From: Callorhinchus milii
Lineage: Eukaryota
Assembly (NCBI RefSeq): GCF_018977255.1
Contig: NW_024704742.1
Location: forward strand, 112,594,001-112,658,000
Direction: 5' to 3'
DNA: 64,000 nucleotides
Shown here: one piece after another, positions 1 to 11,197 of the stretch
Numbering within the stretch: the stretch's first letter is position 1
Layout of the letters: each line of letters begins with the position of its first letter
Position numbers and translations under genes: made by a program
The notes under the pieces: generated by a model
The model's database searches: none
What the model saw: the letters and a program-made list of their open reading frames with translations, nothing else
What the model was told of the DNA's origin: nothing

Positions 1-109
1 CATGCTCATTGGACACCAAGGGTTAACAGCTTAAAATAAAACCAAACTGAATCAAAATGTTTAAATTGCATGCTGCCACATGCTTAAAACCCAATTCAGC
101 TGAATCCCA

Positions 110-385
110 CTTTCGTCACCCGCCCTCCTCAAGTATTTCAATGCCTTCTTCTCCGGTCTCCCCAGCTCCACTACCCACAAAATTCAACTAATTAAAAACT
201 CCACACCCATATGCTCACCTCGTCTAAACTTTGTACTCCCATCACACCAGTTGTTGCCACGATCCACTGGCTCCATCAGAGTGGATTAACTTCAAGATAC
301 TCACATTAGCCTACCAATTCCTTCATGCCTTGGAATCGCCCCATCTCTCCAACTTGCTTACTCCCCACTCCACTGCATTCTGGAG
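110..385 (+). mobile_element. Old L2 LINE fragment (C-terminal region)
   Basis: Degenerate match to the [13 protein letters not shown]...LHWL...DFKIL region of the other L2 copies in this window. Confidence 0.75.
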
Positions 386-1189
386 ACCATGACAACTTGT
401 TGAACATCACATTCAGAAACTTTCAAATAATTTGGCCTATTTTTGTTCTGGTGGGTGCAGAAATGGGCCTTCCCTGACAAGCAAAATCTCAAGATAAGCT
501 CATAGATCACGTTATCAAAACCACGTTGAAAAGTTTTAGTGAACTTTAAGGTCAGAAACCTATAGAGCTTGGCCCAACCCTGGAAAATTTAAGTACCCAA
601 ACATCTTTCAAAGATTCAATTTCAGTTTGGCCTCAATTCCATTTTATCCTTTATTACTCCAACGACAGAAATCTCACCTACAAAATTTTAGTACTAAAAA
701 AAGTTTGAAAATATTGACTACACATTCTAAAGACAACTTTTTATAGTGCTTTATATTACCAAATTATCTTAAGGCTCTTCATAGATTGTCGAAAATGTTT
801 CACACTAGCAGGCTCCCAAACACAAAAGTGAGGTGTACGCACAATTAATTTGGAGGATGTTTGACAAATTTTCAAACTAATTACAGAACTGTTAACATCC
901 ACTGGAAAAAAGTCAATGAGGCCCCACCCAAAGTAGAACTGCTGAACAACACAGTTCAACCTGCATGTCAGGGCTATGAGCTCAACTCTCAAGTGTGAGA
1001 CTTGAGCCACAACCTTCTGACTCTGAGGCAAGTGCTATGAATTGAGCCAGACTGATTCGTTCTACTCAACTCATAGTCATAACTATTTCCTAGAAAGGGG
1101 GTTAGGGAAAGAGAATAAAATGGAAAAGTATAACAATTTGCCCTCGGTTACTGTAATACATTTAAGTACACAACAGAAACAAGAAAATA

Positions 1190-1310
1190 TTTCAATTAGG
1201 TAATACTTTATTTACAATACATCTCATGAAAAGAAAAGATTTATATTAACTTTCACATGGGAAATATAGACTGCTTAGCAGATGTCTTGCCTGTCAAGCT
1301 GGAAGTGCAC
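1190..1310 (-). other. COX7C: Probable COX7C exon 3 (3' UTR only) with polyA signal
   Basis: Strong acceptor TTTTATTTTCTCCCCAG|G at 1311/1310 and AATAAA at 1212-1207. A UTR-only last exon fits the 3-exon mammalian gene. The 3' end is estimated. Confidence 0.75.
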
Positions 1311-1850
1311 CTGGGGAGAAAATAAAACCTAATTTAGAAAAGAGAAGCATGCAGGTATTGCTGAGGTTTGAAATACAATATTCACAAATTGGATTTGTTA
1401 CAATAATTGCAACTTCAGTTTTCAAAATTCACAAACAGCAAATCTCAAGGTAACAAAGATATTTAAAAAAGGCCAATCATCACAAGGATAGGATTCAAAA
1501 ACTCAATACATTTTTTATAATCAAATATTGCGAAACCAGGTGGCACAATCGGTTTACAAATCACATTTTAGACTATTCTCAAAGTCTATAATCCAATTGG
1601 AATATTTTAATGATCTCCTGGATACAAGGGGATGTTGATATAGAAGCTTAACAGTGGATGCAAACTAACATTTATTGTTGACCCACAGTGAAAAACGATT
1701 TTGTGATAATTACAAATTGGCCACATTGATAAACCACAAAAACCACAATCCTCAGTGTCTGAGGGACTTACTAGCACAGATTAACAATCAACATTTTATT
1801 TGAAAAGAATGTACAAAGGATACTTGAAATATCAAGTGGCATCTGTGTAT

Positions 1851-1925
1851 TCTAGTATATCAGCAAGCAAGTGTTCAGTGTCATCGAGGCACACATTAAG
1901 ATAAGTTCACATCATATGTACCAAA
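1851..1925 (-). ncRNA. Second, diverged SNORD138-like C/D snoRNA (copy B, intron 2)
   Basis: Paralog of 2850-2923. Same box C (1915-1909), CCTCGATGACACTG core and box D (1863-1860). Terminal stem imperfect; guide altered. Confidence 0.65.
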
Positions 1926-2469
1926 TACATATGTGAATAATTAGGTTCCAGAACACATCTTAACATTTCTGTGTCACATATGAAATTTAAACCTCCACAA
2001 AATTATTCCACCACACCCTTATATACCTAATCCAATGTCAGATGAGACATTTATGGGTAGGTATCAGTTCCTGTATTGCCATGGACTATCCTCCAGAACA
2101 CTGTTAGCATATATGTCAGCATAACATCTATATCCTGACCTCAATTTTTTTTGTAATTTAGAGTGTCTTTCACATTGAGAATACCTCCTGAAACATTAAC
2201 AGAGATGAAATAGATTAGTTTCAATCAAATCCATGAGATGAGCATACAATCATCCTGTGAAGTGTGAAATCTATTAATTTAACATATCACTGATCAGAGT
2301 TAATGTGTGAAGCTCTGTCACTGTTAAGCACTCAGACACTATCCGGAGTGAAGGGCGCTATATAAATGGCAGTTGTTGTTGATAAATTACACAGCTCCTC
2401 TTCAATGCCTACAGGTCAGGGAAAGCATTACGTTCCCTTTGTTAAAAAATTGCACATCACTTACTGAAT

Positions 2470-2586
2470 TCATTTTTTAAGCAGTTGGTGTCTGACTAAC
2501 ACGAACGGAGCTGCAAAACCACTGCCGAAGAATATCACCATCATTCCCAATAGTTTCCACTTGTTCTCCACAGAGAAAGGCAAATT
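2470..2586 (-). CDS. COX7C: Cytochrome c oxidase subunit 7C, coding exon 2
   Basis: Acceptor CAG|AAT, then [41 protein letters not shown]. Donor A|GTAAGT lies 5 nt after the stop (exon ends 2465). Joined with exon 1 it gives 67 aa. Confidence 0.97.
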   Translation of the reverse strand, partial: NLPFSVENKWKLLGMMVIFFGSGFAAPFVLVRHQLLKK

Positions 2587-2849
2587 CTGTTTTTTTTAAA
2601 AAAAAGAAAAATTGAAAGAAAACTCATGAAACCATCCTGAATGTTAAAAGAACAATTTTGTTTTTTTAAACTCTTATTGTGTTAGAATGAGGCTACAGCA
2701 ACTCATTGAATTATAAACCAAGTTTACTACAGCCCAAAACTTAACCTGTCGAAGTCTAAATTGAAATCAAACATTTGTGTACGGCACAATAATTGCTGCA
2801 GAATATTTTAAATTGACATCCAGCATCAAGTGCAAAAATAAACGTTTGC

Positions 2850-2923
2850 TCTGGTACATCAGTAAGCGTTTACAGTGTCATCGAGGAACTCATAAACATA
2901 AAGTTCACATCATGTGTACCAGA
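2850..2923 (-). ncRNA. SNORD138: C/D-box snoRNA, SNORD138-like (copy A, intron 1)
   Basis: Box C ATGATGT (2913-2907) and box D CTGA (2862-2859). Perfect 9-bp terminal stem TCTGGTACA/TGTACCAGA. The 3' part ACTGTAAACGCTTACTGATG resembles the human COX7C-intronic SNORD138/miR-3607 sequence as I recall it. Guide GTAAACGCTT is complementary to 18S rRNA AAGCGUUUAC. Confidence 0.88.
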
Positions 2924-3145
2924 TACATCACTGGGAAAGGTGAAAATGGTTTATAGCCATTTGCTCAAAGCCACACCAGCCAGACAAGACCAACACTGGG
3001 CCGCGACACTGGGGGGAAACTTGGTCAAGTGAACAACGCGACAAAAGGACAAGAGCCAAGGGGCAAAGGTGTGACTTGCTTTTATAAAGCTCAAGCGACT
3101 CAGAGCGCAGCACAGTCAGTAATCACTGGCCTGTGGAGGCGAGCG

Positions 3146-3159
3146 CGGCGGCCATTTTG
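3146..3159 (+). promoter_or_regulatory. YY1-like site in COX7C intron 1
   Basis: CGGCGGCCATTTTG matches the YY1 consensus at the edge of the CpG island. Confidence 0.5.
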
Positions 3160-3210
3160 AGCAGCAGGTTCCCCTTCACCGGCGAAGAGACAGAGGGCAG
3201 GAGCCCGTCA

Positions 3211-3429
3211 GCTAGGCCGAGAGGCCCCCCGGCTAGGCCGAGAGGCACCCCCGGCTAGGCCGAGAGGCACTCCCCCGGCTAGGCCGAGAGGCGCCCCCGG
3301 CTAGGCCGAGAGGCGCCCCCCCCCGGCTAGGCCGAGAGGCACCCCCGGCTAGGCCGAGAGGCACCCCCCCGGCTAGGCCGAGAGGCGCCCCCGGCTAGGC
3401 CGAGAGGCACCCCCCCGGCTAGGCCGAGA
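3211..3429. repeat. GC-rich minisatellite, ~9.5 units of 21-26 bp
   Basis: Invariant GCTAGGCCGAGAGGC followed by a variable C-run and G, in tandem within COX7C intron 1. Confidence 0.97.
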
Positions 3430-3907
3430 CACCGGGCATCAGACAAACACATAACGTTTAAAATGGAGGCAGAGGGAGAAGTGAGAGCAGAGGAGACTGC
3501 TCGTTGACCCGAATCCTCCTCTCCGCCATTATCACCTTCACTCAAGTGAGGACAGATGGTCAGAGGTGAAACTGAAGGTTAACAGGCAGCGACCTGCCCT
3601 GACCTGACCTGCCCAGCGCTCGCTCCTCTGATAAGCGAAGGAAGCGAGTGGCGGGGCCAGGACAGGCAGCTTCACCTCACCTCAGACTGGGAGAGCAGAG
3701 TGGGTGTGGAGCCGCGGGCTCCTCGCCATTACCCTCTAATGGACTGTCTCTGTATACAGGCGAACCCACAGCTCAAGGGAACGACGATAGTTCTCTCTCT
3801 CTCTCTCAGCGCTTTCTCCTTAACCCCCTCGCTTGCCCGCTTTCGGGGTCATTACAGGCCTCAGGCCCGCGGCTGGCAGCCTGAAGGGCGGGGGTAGAGT
3901 CGCGTAC

Positions 3908-3994
3908 CTTGCCGGGCCCCTCGGCGTAGTGGCCGCGGACGACGGCCGAGGTGCTGAAGCTGCGCAGCCCCTGCGCCACGCGAGCGCCCCACAT
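3908..3994 (-). CDS. COX7C: Cytochrome c oxidase subunit 7C, coding exon 1 (mitochondrial presequence + HYAEGPGK)
   Basis: ATG at 3994-3992. Translates MWGARVAQGLRSFSTSAVVRGHYAEGPGK (29 codons), followed by phase-0 donor AAG|GTACGC. Matches the COX7C N-terminus (human ...RRFTTSVVRRSHYEEGPGK). Confidence 0.96.
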
Positions 3995-4029
3995 TGCTGC
4001 CGGTGACCGTTCGAGTTTGAATCCGCCTG

Positions 4030-4240
4030 CGTTCTCTGTCCTCCGGAGCTTCCTGGCGGAAATGAGCGCGGTAGAGAGAGTACGGGAGCTGTTACGATGC
4101 ACCCGGAAACCGCTCGGCCGCAGAGGGATCACGGGTAATGTAGTCCGGCTTCAGGGAAGTCAGACCGCGGAACTACAAGTACCAGTGGGCGTCGCTTCAT
4201 ATCGCTCATGCGCACAATATAATGCGGCTTTACGTGTCCT
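4030..4240 (-). promoter_or_regulatory. COX7C CpG-island promoter
   Basis: CpG-dense and directly upstream of the ATG. Two divergent ACTACA-type ZNF143/THAP11-like motifs (4146-4125 minus, 4170-4190 plus), GGAA ETS-like cores, NRF1-like TGCGCATGAG (4214-4205) and pyrimidine tract CTCTCTCT (4080-4073). Confidence 0.7.
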
Positions 4241-4400
4241 TCAGGTTAGGTCAACCTCTGCCATTCACCTCTCCCCCCCCAACAGGAGGAGGCCATTCAG
4301 CCCCTCGAGCTTGTTATACCATTCAATAAGATCACGGCTGATCCTATAGAAAGGCCTACTGTACCTCATCTCCAATTACCGGCCCTTGTCCCGCATCCCT

Positions 4401-4775
4401 TAATAATAATAATAATAATCCTTGCATCTGATATAGTGCTTTTCACGTCTCTGAGACGTCTCAAAGCGCTTCACAGAATAGACTGTGAAGTGAATTGACT
4501 GTATATTTTTTGGGTGAAACGCGGCAGCCAATTGCACACAGCAGTGTCCCACAAACAGTCGCAGATTGAGTGACCAAATTATTTTTTTTTGAAGGAATTA
4601 TTATCCCCGGGAAGTGATCCGCCAATCAACTCACAACCGGATTCCTATTTACTGCTCGGTAAACAGAGGCGTCTGGAGTAAGGAAACTTGTCCAACGTTT
4701 CGCCCTGCCAGGAATCGAACCCAGGGCCTCGCGCTTGCGAGGTGAGTGCTCGAACCACTGAGCTACGGGACTCCA
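4401..4775 (-). mobile_element. tRNA-Ala/CORE SINE, long-core subfamily, full length
   Basis: tRNA-like head with A/B boxes, CORE-like TTGG(A/G)CAAGTTTCCTTACTCC...CTCTGTTTACC, L2-type tail and (TTA)n. Confidence 0.9.
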
Positions 4776-5088
4776 CCCTAAAATGACAAATATCTATCCA
4801 GCTCAGTCTTGAAGACGTGAATCGATCCAGCATTCACAGCCTTTTGGGGTAGAGAATTCCAGATTTCTACTACCCCTTGGGTGAAAAACTGCCTCCTAAT
4901 TTCATTACTAAATGCCTAGCATTATCTCTAATTCTAAGATTATGCCCCTTGTTCTGGATTCCCCTACCAGAGGAAATAGTTTCTCTGTATCTACCCTATC
5001 AAATCCCTTTATTATTTTAAAAACCTGAATCAGATCACCCCCTCGACCTTTTAAACTCAAGGTAATACAAACCACGTTCATGTAAAGC

Positions 5089-5958
5089 TCCATCCTTCGC
5101 CCTCTTCTTTATATGCTCCACTGGGCAATGTCATCCACATGTAAACTTCCATATGTATGTGGATGGCACACAAATCTACTTTGCCTCCTTCAGTATCGTC
5201 TCCAGGTCGGCAGATGTTCTGTCAGTTTGTCTGGCAGATATCAGGGCCTGGATGAATGCAAACTTCCTGCAGCTGAATGTGGACAAGACGGAAGCTATAC
5301 TCCTTGGCTCCCGTCAACGTCTTCACTCATGGGGATCTGAACTCCTCAACCTCCCTGGGCTCTCACTCCTGCTCACCGAACTAGGCATCCGGTTCGACCC
5401 CCAGCTGACCTTCCTCCCCCACATCGGGTCCTTAACCAGGACCACCTTCTTCCACCACCATCACATTGCCCGCCTCCGACCGTACCTTTCCCCAAATGCA
5501 GCTGAAACCCTCGTGCATGCGTTTTTCACCTCTCACCTGGATTACTCAAACGCACTCCTCGTCGGTCTCCCCAGCTCCACCATCCAAAAGATCCAGCTCA
5601 TTCAGAACTCTGCCGTCTGTATACTGACCCAGACCAAGCTCTGTACCCACATCTCACAGTTCTGGTCAGGCTCCATTGGCTCCCTATCACTGAATGGATC
5701 GACTTCAAGGTCATCACAGTTTTGTTCAAATCCCTTCACTCTTTGGCACCTCCCTACCTCTCCGATCTCCTCATTCTCCAATCCACCACCCAGTGCCTCC
5801 GTTCGACTGGTACCAGCCTCTTGCCCCCTCCCCTTTTTCAAGTCCCACTTGAAAACCTTTTTCTTTGACTGTGCTGGGAGTTAGGCTCCACCACTGTTAA
5901 GCGCTCTTGAGATGCTATCCTGCGTGGAGGGCGCTATGTAAGTGCAAGGGGTTGTTGT
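5089..5958 (+). mobile_element. 5'-truncated L2 LINE (family C)
   Basis: ORF 5153-5884 gives YVDGTQIY, NFLQLNVDKTEAI, HAFFTSHLDYSN. Ends in a stem-loop tail and (TTG)n. Confidence 0.9.
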
Positions 5959-6030
5959 CCTAATAATTTAATTCTTTAAGCGCTGGTATCATTCTGGTAA
6001 ATCTGCACTGCAGCCCCTACACAACCAATA

Positions 6031-6248
6031 CAGCAGAACCTCACTAATCCGGTCACTCAAGTGACTGGGAAAAAGTGACCCTAGTTAGTGAGGTGACCTG
6101 ATTATTGAAACAGGTTGAGTGACTCAGGTCACTGATATAATGTTAAGGGCATTGGTAATGGGCAAGGGTGATGAACATTCAACCATATTTTGCAATCTCA
6201 TTAAAATAAAGGCATTTTCACATTTAAAACAAAACCAGGTTTCTACCG
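6031..6248. mobile_element. Tigger/pogo-like MITE
   Basis: Flanked by TA (6029-30, 6249-50). Imperfect TIRs CAGCAGAACC / GGTTTCTACCG. Removing it restores the host CR1 sequence CCAATATATCTTTCC. Confidence 0.65.
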
Positions 6249-6784
6249 TATATCTTTCCTGAGGTGCAGTGCCCAAAACTGAACGAGTACTCCAGATGGG
6301 GTTTGACCAAGGCTCTATGTACTTGAAGTATCATTTCCTCTCTTATATTCCAGCCCCCTTGAGATAAAGGCCAACATCCCATTAGCTCTTTTGTACCTGT
6401 GCCTTTATTTTTAGTATTTTGTGTACGTGGACACCCACATTCCTTTGCTTTTCCACAGTTCTTAGTATCTCACCATTTAGAAAATATTCTGTTTTTCTAT
6501 TTTTGGATCCATAGTGGATGAACTCACACTTTCCCACATTGAATTGCATCTGCCACAATTTTGCCCACTCACTTAATCTAAGTCTCTTTGTAACTTCCTG
6601 CTCCCATCTGCACAATTTACTGTGCCTCCTAACTTTGGGTCTTCTGCAAATTTGGATATAAAACTCTATTCCTTCAACCAGATCATTTATATCTATGATG
6701 AAAAGCTGAGGCTCCAATGCAGACTGCTGGGGAACACCTTGTCACGTAAATATTAATACTCTCATTGATCCCTACATTTATTAT

Positions 6785-7110
6785 TAATAATACTAATAAT
6801 TCTTGCATTTGGTATAATGCCTTTCATGTGAGGAGGATGTCTCAAAGTGCATCACAGTATATATTATAAAGTGGAGTGATTGAGTATTTTGTGGGCGAAA
6901 CATGGTAGACAATTTGCGCAGAAACATGTCCCACAATCAGTTATGGAGTGAAAGTCCAATTTTATTTTGTAGATTGTTGGCCAGAACACCGGGAGAAACT
7001 CCCTTCTCTTTTCCGATAGTGTCGTGGGATCTTTAACATCCACCTGAACAGGCACAGACAGGGCCTTGGTTTAGCGTCTCATCTGAAGAACGGCACGTCC
7101 AATAACGCAG
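6785..7110 (-). mobile_element. Deu-domain SINE, partial
   Basis: Deu core (CAGATGAGACG...CAGGTGGATGTTAAAGATCCC) plus L2-type tail. Confidence 0.8.
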
Positions 7111-8249
7111 CACAAGGTTAAGAGAAGATTTAATAGAGGTGTTCAAAATTATGAGGGGTTTTGATAGGGTAAATAAGGAGAAACTGTTTCCTCTGGCAGG
7201 TGGGTCAGTAATCAGATGACACAGAATCACAATAATTGGCAACAGAACCAGAGAAGAGATGAGGATAATTTTATTTACGTAGTGAGTTAACTTTCAAAAG
7301 CATTTGATTTAGAACATCCTTATGGATCCAACCTCTACAACTGTCTGGGACATAGCATTCCATATCTTCCTTCATGTCCCCATGATCTCTGGAACTACAT
7401 CCAGAGTCTCTTTGCCTCATCACTTCCCTATCTTTAAAATTGGCCTGAAGACCTTCCTTTTTCTTTCCATTTTTTTAATATAATAATAATGATAACTATG
7501 CTTTCAATCATCTTTTAGCTCACTCAACCTCAACTTGGGCTCCCAGGCAGCTAAGTGAAGCACTGTATTTTCTATTTTCTTGCTACTGTCTTGTTTCCAA
7601 CACAATGTGTTTACCATTTATTCACTTGGTATTTATATTTTGATATGTGCGCTTGTGTGTGTAGGGGGATGATGGAACAATTTTTGTATGTGCATTTGTC
7701 TAATCGTTGAGTAAGTAATAAAACTGAAAATATAGAACAATATCAAGTTTGTATCAAGTTTGGCTGAGTTAAAATTGGATGGGGACAAGTGACAGCACAG
7801 ACCTAGCATCTAATATGCAAGGCAAAAAAAAGGGAGTTTGAAGCCACAAAAGCTGAAAAGGCTAGAAAAGGTCAATCCACAGTACTGTTAGAATGAGATG
7901 AAGAACTCAAAGTAAAGAAGGATAGCAGAAACTTTGCAGGCGCCAGGAAGGAGATTGGAAAACATGGAGAAGCAGAATAAAGAATGTAGAATCAGAGAAA
8001 TGGAGAGATTGCACTAGAATAGTCAATTGCATAAAACACCAACTAAATGTAAGTAATTTGGGAAATGGTGGGGGTGAATTGGAATTGCAGCATAGAAAAC
8101 TGACTGGATATCCTTTCCATAGTGACAAACAGAAAATCAAGGGCTCCCTAAAAAGTAATTGGCATTGATGCTATCACATTTTGCTCATGTTACTGTCTGA
8201 ATTACAACTCCTGTAACTTTCCCATGCTAAAAGAGAGCAGAGATGACTT

Positions 8250-8560
8250 AACAACAACAACAAATTGCATTTATATAGCACCTTTCATGTCAAGAGGACA
8301 TCCCAAGGAGCTGTACAGCCAAGTGTTTGCCCCCGAGTTGGGAGTTGGAATCAAGAGGGAAGGGGTTTAAGGGGGATGGGGATGAGAGGATGACCAAAGG
8401 CACAGTCAAATGGAAGGTATTGAGACAGGCCTTCAAGGAGGCAATGGTGAAGGGATTCAAGGATGGAGTTCCAGAGGGTGGGGGCAGAAAGGCTGAAGGC
8501 CTGACTGCCGATGGTTAATTCCAATGGTGGATTCAATGATCCAGCACTTGAGGCAGGCAA
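8250..8560 (-). mobile_element. L2 3' end
   Basis: AFSLSAPTLWNS peptide, stem-loop tail and (TTG)n. Confidence 0.8.
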
Positions 8561-9486
8561 ATGTACACTACTCCAGGGTATGAGATAATTTTCATAGAAT
8601 CATAGAATTATCTTTGAAAAGAGCTATCCAAATCAGTCCCACTCCTCCGCGCTCTCCCCATAGCCCAGCAAACTTGTCCTCCCTTTTGTTGTGAGGTTTT
8701 AGATGGTTCAGGTCCACCACCCCCGAGTACACTTTAAGGTCTGTACTGACTTGTTTTCTGTGAAGTAGAATTCAAATTGAAACCTAAGCAACTTGGATTT
8801 TAGAAATATATCACACAGATTTAGTTTTGCACAAATACATCATTACTTCACGTTATTGAATCAAACTGAGTTTTAGTAGTGTGCTCAAGATGTAGAATCT
8901 TGGTGAATCATTACTTCTTTTGGCCAAAGTGTGCTTGGAGAAAATATATGGTTTGGAGAGTAATTCAAGTGATTCATGTTCCAAGGTAGATGTAATGGCA
9001 ATGTCTGTTCCAAAAAGTTATTATTCTCCTACCTTGCACTGAGCAAGTTATTCCGTATCTTTATGCAGTGTGGGTGGAAAAGGTCACATTCTGCAGCTTC
9101 AAAATCAAGCTGAACTTCAGCAAACCTTCATCTTCAACGCCACTGATCGTAACTTGTAATTCATCAACACTTGTACCTCTCAGCAGTATGAAGGTCTATG
9201 TCAAGGTCCAGATTTAAACACTGACATTGGACAAATTCATCAAACATATTGTCGAGCTTCCCAATCTGCTGAGATTAAAGCAGAGAGATCAGTTCAAAAA
9301 ATAAATCAACAGGAGGAAGATCAGAAAAAAATTCTCTCTTCAACCTGTAATATCTCATCATGTAGAGTATTTTGAATTGATGTTCAATGAATTATTTTCC
9401 TTTCCTCCATGTTATAGTTATTTTCTCCTCTCTCTTGGGATTGCCCTGCACCATTTATCATTTTCTGGGCGGGTGTGAAACATTCA

Positions 9487-9918
9487 ATAATAATAATCTT
9501 TGCATTTTGGTATAGCGCCTTTAATGTCAAGAGGATGTGCCAAAGTGCTTCAGAGGATTTACTGTGGATTTAAGTGGAGTGATTGTATATTTGTAAGCAA
9601 ATGTAGCAGCCCAATTGCACACAGCAATGTTCCACAAACAGCTATGAAATGTTAATGACCAATTCTATTTGGGGGATTGTTGGCTAGGACCTGCTCTTTT
9701 TGAGTAGTGCCGTAGAATCTTTAACGTCCACCTGAACAGGCAGATGGATGTCAGTTTAACATCTCATCTGAAAGACGGCACCTCTGACAATGCAACACCC
9801 CCAGGACTCCATTGGAGTGTCATCTTAGACTATGTGATTTCAAGTTCTGACGTGTGGCTTGAACCCGCAACTTTCTGACCCTCAGGGAAGAGTGCTACCA
9901 CTAAGCCAGACTGACACA
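9487..9918 (-). mobile_element. Deu-domain SINE, near full length
   Basis: tRNA-like head (GGTTCAAGCC B box), Deu core, L2-type tail and (TTA)n. Confidence 0.85.
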
Positions 9919-9976
9919 CAGGTTTAAATACTATGAACTTATTCTCCCACACTCAGTCTCACACATGAATTCTCTT

Positions 9977-10425
9977 AATAATAATCCTTGCATTTTATAT
10001 ACTAACGATAATGTCATTGAGACGTCTCAAAGCGCTTCACAGAATTTTACTGTAAAATACAGTGACTGTGTTGTAAGCAAACACAGCAGCTGATTTGCTT
10101 GTTGCACTGTCCAATAAACCGCCACAAAGTGAGTGAAAATTTTATTTGGGGAATTGTTGGTCAGGACACTATGGAAACCTCTGTTTTTCGAATCGTGTCA
10201 TGGCATCTTTAACGTCAACCTGAACAGGAAGGCAGTTTACAAAGCAATTTACAATACAATTTACACTTATATAATGTCTTTCAGATGGGGAGTTGGTCTC
10301 AAAGCACTTGAACATCTCATTCAAAAGCAGTTGGATGTCTCAAACCGAAAGACAGCTTCTCGAACAATGCAGTACGCCCCCAGCAGTGCATTTGAGTGTC
10401 AGTCTAGACTGTGAGTTCAAAGTCC
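9977..10425 (-). mobile_element. Deu-domain SINE, degenerate
   Basis: Same core and tail as 9487-9918, with an internal interruption. Confidence 0.75.
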
Positions 10426-10534
10426 CAACATATTCACAGCTACATCTACACCTTGCTCCCTGTATTTTAATATGAGTGAACTATTGACGGACTGTCAATA
10501 ATCTAACATGTTGCTCACTCTCTCTCACATATAC

Positions 10535-10861
10535 TTACATTACTCCTCAAAACAGTACCCGTTGCCTTCGTTCCTCTGGGTCTGGCCTCCTCCTTGCCCC
10601 CCGAGTCCTCCAATTCACTCTCAGCAGCCGTGCCTTCAGTCACTATGCCCCGAGGCTCTGGAACTCCCTTCCCCACTCCCCTCGCCTCGTTTCCTCTCTT
10701 CCTATTTTCAGGTCTCTGTTGAAGACCTTTCGCTTCAACCGCACCTTTGGTCACCTTCCTCCCCCTCCCCCTGGTTCGGCCCCGGGATCCGTTACTGTGA
10801 AGCGCTCTGAGACGCCGTCCGGTGTGGAGGGCGCTATATAAATCCAAGTTGTTGTTGTTGT
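10535..10861 (+). mobile_element. L2 family B 3' end
   Basis: Closely similar to 48600-48908 and 60020-60341; (TTG)n tail. Confidence 0.9.
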
Positions 10862-11197
10862 ACATTAAAACAAAATTCATTTTGTGACACTTTTTCTCTC
10901 TGCAATTGACTCTTAATTTGATGGGGAATGTAAAATTGCTGTGGGATACTGCACTCCTGGAATCTAACGCTATTTCCATAAAAGCATTTTGTGCAGTATC
11001 AGGTCAGACACTATCCCATAAATCACACCACATGAGGTTTCATACCACTGAAACTTCCATCCCAATTTAAAAAAAAGCCTTCCTGCAATGACCTCATTTA
11101 GACGTGATACAAATGCAGCAGAAAACCAAACAAAATTTAGGATGTTAAATGGAAAAGGTATGCTAATAGTGGATTTTTTGATTCAAAGTAAATTAAT

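Larger units (their letters stand above)
4283..6745 (-). mobile_element. CR1-type LINE 3' part, split by three later insertions
   Basis: RT C-terminal peptides (WAKLWQMQFNVGKC, GDLIQVFKIIKGFDRVD) and a CR1 3' UTR. The sequence resumes across inserts at 4401-4775, 5089-5958 and 6031-6248. Confidence 0.85.

Noticed and set aside
1..30. GGGTTAA resembling a piggyBac end
   Set aside because: Too short, and any partner end would lie outside the window.
2855..2876. miR-3607-like sequence as a microRNA gene
   Set aside because: It lies in a C/D-box context and is better explained as the 3' part of the snoRNA.
3211..3429. Regular repeats superficially like a CRISPR array
   Set aside because: No unique spacers, eukaryotic intron, no cas genes; it is a minisatellite.
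3806..4132. 108-aa ORF containing the COX7C N-terminus
   Set aside because: Starts at a non-ATG codon and reads through the donor site. Only 3908-3994 is supported as coding.
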